Origin: Blasia pusilla
Lineage: Eukaryota
NCBI GenBank assembly: GCA_050084515.1
Contig: CM114271.1
Location: 3,162,001-3,226,000 of the forward strand
DNA: 64,000 nt
Direction of reading: 5' to 3'
The notes under the pieces are model-generated. The model did no database searches and was not told the DNA's origin. It worked only from the letters and a program-made list of their open reading frames with translations. Within the stretch, counting starts at the first letter, position 1. The number at the start of each line of letters is the position of its first letter. Shown piece by piece: positions 12,968 through 23,279 of this stretch. A program made the position numbers and the translations under genes.

Positions 12968-15221
12968 ACCACTGTCTTCACCGCGCACACGTTTTCATCT
13001 CTGCCATAAGTTTTCATCACTAATGTTCTCTGATTCACTTTATTGAGTATATAATTAATCTCTCCTGATTTCCTGCAGACCTTGAAAATGGACGCCCATG
13101 TCCTCTGCTGAGTGTCAACCCTGAATACTCGTTTTTCCACTCATGTAAATTCTTCAGAACCCACCCTTCCATTTGCTGGGAATTCTCTGTATGATTTATG
13201 AAGTTGCCTTAACCTTTCATGCATTGCTTCTAGTTAAGGCACGAAGCACTTTAAGGCTATCAAAAAAACGTATGCTGACCAATATTTGTATGGGTGATGA
13301 CTTGGAATGGTACCAGTCTCATGAGAAATCAGACTGCTAATTGTCCTCAGAACAGTCTTTGTTATTTGCCAACCAGGAAGGTGATTGATGGCAGCCCCTC
13401 TCTAAAATGTAATCGAGCTATTCATCAATGCACACAATCTCACTCAATGCAAGTGTCCCTGGCATCCAGATGGAACCACATGCCATTAACGCCAACACAG
13501 TGTACATTCATGTATGTGAGTACAGCTAAGGCAACTTTCCAAACTTCATGTCTGACATAAAAGACTCTGCAAGTCTTGCATGAATTCATATCAGTAGAAG
13601 AGGGATTCAGGTAGTTTTACAGGGTTTATCTCATTTTGTAAGTGGTTAGAGGGAAATGTCTTGAGCATTGCCCTTAAATTCTAAGGTCTCAATCATTTTT
13701 ACCTTTAATAATTGTCATGCCCTCTAACCTAGATATGAAGTTTTCAGATTGTACCAACTCATAGACGTTTTTGCACATTGTATTATCAAGTGTTCCTCAC
13801 CTTGGTTGACGTGGGTGTAGTAAAATGTCAGAAATGCTTGCTTTATGAACAATGCTTGTTACTTCTTGAAATCAAATTTTACAATGTTCTCTCACAGTGA
13901 AGATGAATTTGAGAGTTCTTACTAGCTTGATACACCATCTGACTGAGATTTACTCATTATTCATCACCTCTTACTGGTTTGAAATATTACTTGTAGAGAA
14001 TATAAAAAAACCCATGATTGGCCAGAGAAGAACTTTCACATTTCACTTTCCCCTTTACCTGATTTCCATTCCCAAACCTCAGTACTGGAATTGACCAGAA
14101 TTGATCTACGAGTGTAACATCTATAGATCATATGGTTCATTTTTTTTTATACTCTGTTCTGAATTGCTGTGAATCGCAATAGTGGACAACATACATAGTA
14201 AACTTTTCAGGGTGAACATGAGGGTGACTTGAGGGTGAATGACTTCCTTCAATTTATAGGGATTTTGAGGATAAATTATGAAGACTGATTGTCAGATATT
14301 TAACAGGACAAATTAACAGATTGATGCAAAATGATCATTATCAAATAAATTGGCGAATTTCAGGATCTGCTGGGCCATGGTTACAGCCTCATAGTAGAAA
14401 CTACATTAGAAGGTGGAAAAGACCAAAATTATGAATGATACTGATCATGATAAGGATTGGAAATTGGATTCCTCAATTTGGCTTTTTCCTTGTTGATTGT
14501 CCTCTCAATGGTCATAACCACCATAGCCCACTCTTCACCACCATTACCACAGGACAGTGGAGCTATCACCCAGCTCTTCTGAGTCCCTCATCAGTGTCTG
14601 AGGACTCTGAAAAGCTGGGTGATTGTTCCAATGTGGTCGAACAATCACCCAACATGACAATGAAAGGATTGCTAACATTGACTTCCAACTTCTGAACTGC
14701 CAATAATGTTTCCAGTTAATGTAATCCATAAAAGTAAGCAGAGGACATAAAACATCACAAAAGTGTTGGGATGGAACTTGGAAAATGGTTAGATTGCTTG
14801 CACTTAGGCATGATTGCCTGGGCTTAAGGGTTTAAGATACAACAAGGTAATGTGAAGCCCTATGAAGCACTGGTGCTCAACTCGGCCCTTGCAGTGAATC
14901 CCACGATATACAACGCTTATTCAAAACCTCTGTTCTTGTTAGTCAATCAGAGATTGACATCAGTCTACAAAATATAGTTCTGTACAACATAGATATTTCT
15001 TTACAATACAAGGTTTCCCCCATCACTGCAATGGCAAACACCCACAAACTTCCACTCAAGAAATTTCGCACTCCACTGTAGGACCCTCAGAGATATATGC
15101 AACAATAGAAGGTAAACTTTCTTTGATTCACAAGATATCGGTCCTGTTTAATTGTTGACTGGTGTGGCACTGGGAAGTTGGGTGTTGGGCCTGATTAAGT
15201 TCATGATATAGCTCTCCTCCT

Positions 15222-16807
15222 TTACAAGGAATCTGTCATGAGAAATGCTCTTATGCGTTGCAGCAGTTCAGCCTTGACGTTGTCCGGCACCATAGCTGCA
15301 ACCCAGTGACAGAAACATGTAAATCCCAACCATGCTTCATTGAAAGTATGAATATTGATACAATGGCAACCACCACAATAATGATCGGGCGCCTCAAGCT
15401 CTGCTTATGCAGATTCACCGTGAACAATCATATATTCAGAATGGCATCTATTGGGTAATATTGGCAGTAGGAACTTAGAAATTCCACGCTCCACGTCCAT
15501 AAGATGAGTGAGAAATGAGATGAGTGAGAAGTTGATCTAGATACCTCGACCTTTGGGGGTGATGTTGCGTACAATCTCGTCTACTGTGATATTCCCTCTA
15601 CCCTTTTTCCTAGTAAACGCCCGACACTGGGCTTTCAGCTCGTCCCTCCATCCACATTCAATTAGTCTTTCTCGCAGAAGCTCCTTTAATCGCTCCTTTT
15701 CTCCACTTTCTATCAACTGCCGATGAGCAAGTGGTACCAAATTTCAGCAATTCTGCAATTGCTGACCCTGTCACTTCTTTTACAAGCTTCAAGCCCATCC
15801 TTATGCACTAGGGCAGAAAGTAGATTCGTGATTTCGGACACGCTTTGGTAGTAACATGAGTAGAGGTCAACTGAACAGCCAAGTCACCTTAATATTTATA
15901 ATTTCTTGAAGAGTTGGCTCAGCCTCCTTGTCTTCGTCCGCGTCAGGAGTTGGTGGCCGATTGATTGATGCCCTCCTACAAATCCAGTGACATTAAGCCA
16001 AAGTCATTCAACTAGGACATTTGACAAATTACCACCCTACAAACTCCACAACATCACGGATGGCTCGGGTACACCCGACTGCCTTGGCCAGAAATAGGAA
16101 TTCTAATCAAGCATTCCACATCTGCAGATCACTTGACAGACTTACGCAACAATAAAACCATCAAAGACACTATTCCCTCTCCCGAACTTCTCACGCTCAC
16201 GGAATCACGCAACAAATTCTTGAGGACGTGGACATGGTAAGTCTAGCGAGGCATGATCACGTTCCCGCCCCATGGAAAACATCCTCCACAGAAACCTCGC
16301 CACACACAGCCCTAAGCTGTTCCATACCCCATACTTTCTCGAATATCTCTGTCACGCTTTCTCCTGACTACGCATTCTCCTGTAAGCGACCTTCTCATAA
16401 ACGGGAGATCAAAGAAAGAAACAAATACAAAAAACCGGGAGAACCGCACCCTAAACCCTGAGAAGTTCCAGGCCCCGTATCTTATCAGACATCTCCACTC
16501 TTTCTCCAAACTCAGCATCCTTCCCTAAGCGACCTTCTCATGAACGGGCCCATAGAGGAAGGCGAAAAAAACGCAGACAGAGAATCGCCAAACAGTACCG
16601 CACCCTAAAACCTAAGCAGTTCCAGGCCCCAGACTTCCTCAACCGTCTCGTCACGCTTTCTCCCCAAGCCTAGAATCCTCCCGCAAGCGACCTTCTCGTG
16701 AACGAAACAAAGCAAACAGCAGACGGAGAACGGCCACACACACACACACACAGAATCCCACCCAACCAGACGGACGTGGCCCACAGGTCGAGATTTCGAG
16801 CTTACAT
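15222..16807 (-). CDS. ENY2: ENY2/SUS1 transcription and mRNA-export factor (SAGA DUB module/TREX-2), 4 coding exons
   Basis: Spliced product MRASINRPPTPDADEDKEAEPTLQEIINIK LIESGEKERLKELLRERLIECGWRDELKAQCR...ITPKGR AMVPDNVKAELLQRIRAFLMTDSL*. Exons 16807-16806 (AT), 15975-15888, 15716-15545, 15295-15222. Confidence 0.93.
16295..16710. repeat. Three diverged tandem units of ~145-160 bp in ENY2 intron 1
   Basis: Core AAGCGACCTTCTCRTRAACG at ~16384, ~16527 and ~16685. ACCGCACCCTAAA..CCT..GTTCCAGGCCCC at ~16443 and ~16597. Confidence 0.85.
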
Positions 16808-17721
16808 AGCTGCTTATGATTTCAACACGACGCCAGTGCGGGGCCTGTGACCCTATCTGCTCTTCGGTATCAGGATCTCGCAGTGTTGGACATCGTCCGC
16901 ACCTTTCACTGCATCGTGGCGTCTTCGTAGTACAATCCCTGCATTCCGCGTACAGTCCTTAGCGTTCGGTACACAGAGAGCCAAATTATGTTGGCACTCT
17001 AAACTTTCATTAGAGAAACGTCGAAGCTTTGGACGACCAAACCCTCGCGAACGCGAAAACAGTCACCTTTGACAACTCGGACTTCCTTCGAAGGGCCGGA
17101 CTTATGGACATGCTTCACATCTTCGATTTATTTATTTATTTATTTATTCCCTTGCTATGTATGGATGGATTATAGGGGTATTCTAAATCGCTTGGGGTAA
17201 GGAATTAAATTAAAGAAGTATTTAACTAATCCTCGAAAAAATTTAATTGGCCTTTCAGATTAATTCTGGATAATCTTATTGGCTGAAATATTGAATCATC
17301 CTATTGGTTAAAAAGGTGGAGTGTGAAGAGGAGAGGTATTTGAAATTCCAAGGGGCACTCTCCAATAATAATGGGCATGAATTGCATCTTCTAATTTATT
17401 TATTCCCTTGCTATGGATTATAGGGATATTCTCTATTTTTTTTATAGTTAATTGTATGGGGAAAATAGAATCATTGTTGTTTGTAGTTGTGAGTATTCTT
17501 TGGGGCATGAATGAAAGATTATTTATTTCCTCCTTTTGGGAAAAGTTTGCTAGCTTTTTGGTTTCTCCTTTTCGGTTTGTTCTTTTTTCTTTTCTTTTCG
17601 AAAGGTCACCATATGGTTCCCTCCATTTGGAAAATCATACTCCCTACCTCCTAGTTTTCCAAAACAAACAAAAAATCTCCATCCTCTCTTTACCGTTATG
17701 AAAGAAAAAGTTACCCTTCCA

Positions 17722-18043
17722 TCTATATTATAATTTGAGAAGCGTTTATGAAATGACAACTTCAAAATTAAACACTTGTCTTTTTGAATTTAGGATTTTT
17801 ATCACACCTGGCACTTTTCTTACTAACCTGGCGTGTAAATCTTTGCTATAATTTGAGGAGCGCTTTTGACATGGGGATAGCTTCAAAGTTAGACACATGT
17901 CTTTTAGAGTTAGGAATTTATGACACATGGCACTTTCTTTTACTAACTGGGCCCGAATATGTGTATAACTACAGGACCGGGCGAGTATATATGTACATGA
18001 TTGCGCACAATGCATCGCATGGTTCCTCACGGGTCCTAACTAG
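17722..18043 (+). mobile_element. Non-autonomous mini-Helitron (probable)
   Basis: 5' end A|TCTATATTA, 3' end CTAG|T preceded by a degenerate hairpin, and an internal ~120-bp tandem duplication (17728/17847). Confidence 0.6.
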
Positions 18044-18080
18044 TTCTTCATTATTATTTTTGAGTATGTGTTGTACATGG

Positions 18081-18217
18081 TGTCGTGCCCATACACATCG
18101 CTACACAACATACATCGTTGGTCACATCCACACCACACAACACCGATCTTCCCCACATACGGGTACATCCACACATGTACAGAAATCAACTCATACATAT
18201 ACTTGGAGATCACACAA
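18081..18217 (-). repeat. Terminal repeat Y, copy 2 (3' end of element, ends ...CACGACA)
   Basis: Aligns with 18702-18820. Confidence 0.9.
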
Positions 18218-18699
18218 CAAAAATCAAGAGTAGAAAAAATGGCACACCCGGCCTAAAACTCCACTCCTCAATCTACATCGGCATATCGAGCCTCGTCCAC
18301 CCTATGCTATCAAGGAATCTAGACGCTAGCACCTAGTCTTAACTCACACACACGAGCAAGAATGGTACTCCAACGGCCCAACGTGAGAAAGATGCCTTGG
18401 AAAAGCCATCTTCCTCCCTCATATAAGTTTGGGAAGAGCCAAAAGGCTCTTCCCCTAAAAATAGCTATCCTCTTGGTAACCTGCGCGCACAGGTTACCAA
18501 GGGTGGATGACCTGCTCAACAAGTCACCCGATAATGAAAGACCTCATTAGGAAAGTTCTTAGACACAATGTTTCTAACACAACAGACCTATCTTCAACCT
18601 CATCCGATACTTCGGGACAAAGTTACACTCAAGACAGTCCGCTAGCTCCTATGCCTTATCCACAATAGATCTCGGCCTTTCGGCTACTCAGATGTGACA
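18218..18699 (-). repeat. Terminal repeat X, copy 2 (starts TGTCACATCT on the minus strand)
   Basis: Aligns end to end with 27081-27564, roughly 85-90% identity by eye over the ~120 bp compared base by base. Confidence 0.92.
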
Positions 18700-18701
18700 A
18701 T

Positions 18702-18820
18702 TATCGTGCGCATACAGATCGCTGGTCACATCCACACCGCACAACACCGATCTTCCCCACACACAAGTAGATCCACATATGTACAGAAATGAACTCATAC
18801 ATATACCTGGAGATCACACA
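18702..18820 (-). repeat. Terminal repeat Y, copy 1, directly after the polypurine tract
   Basis: Aligns with 18081-18217. The minus strand reads AGGGGGATGAT|TGTGTGATCTCC (PPT-like tract 18822-18831). Confidence 0.88.
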
Positions 18821-18898
18821 ATCATCCCCCTAGATGGCAATTGGATCCCCCTAACTCCAGATAGAAAATATCACATCTCCTTGACATGACCTACAACC

Positions 18899-19040
18899 CT
18901 ATACATATCTCGGACATATCCATCGTCCTGTGGGAACTACATCAAGAGGGGGGTCATACATGACATATGCCACCCTCAAGAACAACCAACACATACCAAC
19001 ATGGTGGCTGCACCCCTCGTAGATCCGCACAACATACACC
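18899..19040 (-). pseudogene. PHD finger at the C-terminus of the retrotransposon integrase
   Basis: CMLCGSTRGAATMLVCVGCS*GWHMSCMT / PPLDVVPTGRWICPRY, a C4-H-C3 pattern with one stop, one frameshift and the last Cys changed to Tyr. Confidence 0.88.
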
Positions 19041-19049
19041 TCAAGCTTG

Positions 19050-21980
19050 CGGGTACCACTTCCAAGCTCGGATCCGTTGTCTCGTCCACGTTTGGAAGGT
19101 GACATGGCAAACAGTTGCACACCTAATCCTTCCAAACCATACCATCCCGTCCCTCCAACATGAGGACTCTGGTCGATAATACCTCACGCATCCATAGGAT
19201 CGTGCGCCCTGCAGTGACATCTAGCGTCATGGATACCACCTGTTGTAAAAACACGTAATCTCTAGAATGAAACCTCCTAATCCCTGGACGATAACCTCCT
19301 CGACCAATGGTTGCGTAGCTCAATGTATCCCTATGTTGAGCAATAGCTAAGTTCTCAAAGGCCATGGGCATAACTCTACGAAAAATCTCCGCCCTTGAGA
19401 ACATGCTTGAACCCACACATCTGGATCATCAAGATCTAATACCTCTGCCATGTCACGTCAAGTAGCTGTAGGTAAATCTGGCTCTCTCCCAAAGAGCAAA
19501 AAGTATGGTGAAAATGACATCAAGGATGTCTGCCGATTAAAGCGATAATCCATAGCAAACCATAGCAACTGTAGATCCCACTCCCTCAACTGTCCCCGCT
19601 GCAAGCCATACTTGCGCAATCCTCTCATCACCGTTTGTACTACTCTCTCCACCAACCCATCTGCCTCAGGATGATCTCTGGATGTGGTGCGGTGATCTAT
19701 CAGCGTCTGGTCATACAAGGCCTGAAACTCTCCCCTGAACTCGGTACCCTAGTCAATCAACACCTCCGCCTGTGCACCAAAGTGACTAAGCACACGATCT
19801 AGAAATGCAAAAGTTTTTCCCTTGCTTGCCTTTTCCGGGAGTGCCACCAACTCTATCCACTTGGAGAAATGCTCCACCATGACCAACACGTACTTGTGAT
19901 GATGCTCCGTCACTGTCAAAGGTCCCGCGAAGTCTAAACTCCACCGATAACCTAAACCCATAATCGGTAAAGGATGTAACTACGGAGTGGGAGCATTGAA
20001 GGATGCTCGAACTTTGTCATATATCATACATCTGGCCACAAATTGTTGTACCCGAATATGCATGCCACACCACCAATACTGAACATAGAGTAAGCTGTAA
20101 GTACGCTTTACTCCAACATGCCCCAACTCCTCATGGGCATGTCGCACTACACGTGCTTGCTATGAAGGATGAGGTGCCACTCGTATCCTACCATCTCCCC
20201 ATACCCGCAAAATGTGAGTCCCCTCCCACCTGAACCTCCTAGCTCTCTATAGGATATGATCCCGTTGCCTAGCACTCACAGTGCTCGCTATGATGCCAGT
20301 ACGCAAGAACTCCACCACCTCCACGTCGACATGGATATCTCTACCACGTGTTACCTCCTCACCGACCTATGGATCCAAAGACTCATTATCCGACCCCACC
20401 ACTAGAGCCACCGCCTGCGGTTGACCTGCTATAGTCAACCAACAAAGATAGGCAGATGCATGCCAACCGAGCACCATCTCCCCATCACTCTCTCCGTGCC
20501 ATCGAGCTCCTGTGTCGTCTCTCTAACTCAAACATGGGTTACGACTCAACCCATACGCATCTTGGTTCAACCAACCTGGCATGTGAACCACCTCAAACTC
20601 ATACTCTTGTAGTAATATAGCCTGCCTGGCAAGCTTTCCCGCAAGCTTGTCGGACTCCATCAACCACCTTAACGGCTGATGATCAATGATAAGTGTGAAA
20701 GGGTTGTCGGATAAATAGCACCTGAAATGTGCCACGGCCCACATTGTAGCCAAGCACTCTCCCTCATAGGAGTTGTACTTTGCCTCTTCAATGTTGTTCG
20801 ATCACCTAGCGTAAGCCACAACGAACTCCCTCTCCTCATCATCCTTGTGAGTAAGCACTGCTCCTAGACCCAACATCCTCCAATCCGTATGTAGCTCGAA
20901 TGGGCGACCTCTTACCGGTCTCTGTAAAATGGGTGAGGATGTCAACATGTCCTTGAGCTTCTAAAATGCTTGCTCTTGATCATCTCCCCACAACCAAACT
21001 TGATCAAGTCTCGTCAACAAGATCAAAGACTTCGCGATCGCACTAAACCCCTTGACATACCGTCCATAGAAGTTCACCAGTCCTAGAAACACTCGGACTT
21101 GACTCACATCTGTAGGGCGTGGAATCTTCGAAATAGCCTCCACCTTCAACTGTTGAATACCTAACCCACTCGGGTATATGGTGTGTCCCAAATACTCAAT
21201 CTGCTCCTGAAAGAATCTGCACATGTCTTGATGTAACTTCAATCCATGTAATTGCAATCGCCGGAACACCTCCTCCAGGAGTCGCTCATGCTCCTCAACC
21301 GTGGAACTGAAGATAAGAATATCATGTATGTAACACCATACAAAATCCAAGCCAGCCATAATCCTATCCATCACTCTCTAAAACTTTGCAAGCGCGTTCT
21401 TCAACCCAAATGATAAGAACCGCCAGTGATACAGAGAATCTCTCCCAAATCGATCTATCCCCTATAATATTGTCTTCTCCTTGTCCTCCAACCTGATAGG
21501 AAGTTGATGATATCCAACACGGAGATCTAAAGTACCAAAGATCTTTGCATGCCCTACCGCATCAAAAATCTCCTCATGAGTAGGCATGGCGTATCGATTT
21601 GACCTCGTCTAACGCTTGATATGACAATAATTTCCACACATCCGCCTATCCGTCCAATTGCCATACATATCCTTCTTTGCCGGCATGACTGTGGCAGATG
21701 CATACTCCCCATGTGATAACTCCACAAGTCCTTCCTCCAACAAGTCTTGACTCCTACTATGAATCAAGGCTCGCTTCATCTCACAATACCTGTAGGATCG
21801 ACGAAAGATCGGTGTATCACTAGCCAACTGAATTCGTATGTTGGGACCCTTTAGTGTACCCAAGTCTCTCATACTAAAGGCAAAACAACTGAAATGCCCT
21901 CTCAAAAACCTATGAATCCGTCGTCGCTCTCCTCTTGTCAACTTAAGACCTATCACAAGCTCCCAAGTCTCCATCATGAC
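19050..21980 (-). pseudogene. Gypsy pol remnant: RT, RNase H, integrase
   Basis: ORF pieces 21609-21977, 20961-21374, 20523-20753, 19749-19961, 19458-19718 and 19123-19416 carry canonical motifs, broken by stops. Confidence 0.93.
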
Positions 21981-22284
21981 CTCACTCAGAGAGGACGCAA
22001 CCTCCGGCTTTGGTTGCTATATAGCAACCCTAGCCACCTTCGCAATAGCCACTCCTCTCAGACCTCCTACACCATGCTCCACATCCAAAAAATGAACATG
22101 TGTTGCTCTGACCATCTTCGCACTCTCCACTCAAACGACGTCCCAGGAAGTCCATGGGTGCTTATCTCACCTCGTCCCGCCCCTAGCCAATGCCTCTACA
22201 GACCTTGTAAGCAATGCTCCAACTTGTGGAAGTGACGGCATGGATGACACTCGCATCCGTCTCTACTTAGCCATACCTAGGCTG

Positions 22285-22899
22285 ATTATTCATGTGAGAC
22301 AGTTGAGGTCCATCGCTTGCCCCAACACCTATCTCCGGGATGCCTCACTCATACTTGGCACCGCTGTAGTACCCGTAGCAAACCCCATGGCGCGCTCGCG
22401 CTCATTTTCCATAGGGTCCTCCAATGCTCGAGTCACCTCATCCCAAATCATGTGTGGCCTCTCCGTGACGAAAGGCATGGGATGTTGGGAAGCTCACCAA
22501 CGGAGATAAGGGTGTCCTCAACTCCCCCACCCTATTGGCTATCGCCAACGGTGGTCTATCATCCCACGTCACCACTTGAGATTGGCGCCTTGAGCCCAAA
22601 ATAGCATCCACTGTGAGATGTGGTGCTCTATGAACCAAATGAATGGTGCCAACTCTATCGAGATCTTGCGCCCCTACCAAAGAGATGTCAGCGGGTAGTG
22701 TATCCTCATACCCCTGTACTACAGATACCAACAACAACTCAGAGTACCTTTGGACCAATCTCGCCATGTGACGTAATGATACTTGCCCTAGGGTCTCATC
22801 TCTCTCCACATAAGGGTATTGATGCACCCATATGCCTACCTGCAATATCATAGCTAATCCGGTGCTAATCCCTCCAAAGAGATCTAACACCCTAACACC
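22285..22899 (-). pseudogene. DNMT3/DRM-like C5 cytosine DNA methyltransferase domain inside the retrotransposon polyprotein region
   Basis: Motifs I-III: GVRVLDLFGGISTGLAMILQVGIWVHQYPYVE...DISLVGAQDLDRVGTIHLV. After a frameshift, motifs IX-X: ERERAMGFATGTTAVPSMSEASRR*VLGQAMDLNCLT. Motifs IV-VIII are not found. Confidence 0.85.
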
Positions 22900-23279
22900 C
22901 TCCTCTGGACAGTGCCACACAATAGATGTGTTATCCAGTGGTGTCAACGTCTCCACTCCAAGAGCCCCATTTTCACCTAACTCTCGCTGCTCTAGGATAA
23001 AGGCATGACTCCACGCCTACCTCACAAGGTCGTTGACACTCCTCTGTAGCTCTCGAGTCGTTCGTACCCCACAATGGTGAAGAGGTCTTGCCAACATGGG
23101 AAGAGACACTCGCCATGGCCTGTCTCTCTGTGGGACTATCCGCTACTAGGACATCCACCGCATGTGCGTTCCTCTCCAACAATTCTCCTCTCCAGATAAC
23201 ACTACCTGTGAAAGTTTCCAACGTGGTCACAGACTCGTCTCGTGATCAACCACCTTGTCCCGCAAACTGCACCGGTAAT

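Noticed and set aside
16295-16710. CRISPR-like repeat/spacer pattern
   Set aside because: Eukaryotic intron, the 'spacers' are homologous to each other, the period is ~150 bp, and there are no cas genes.
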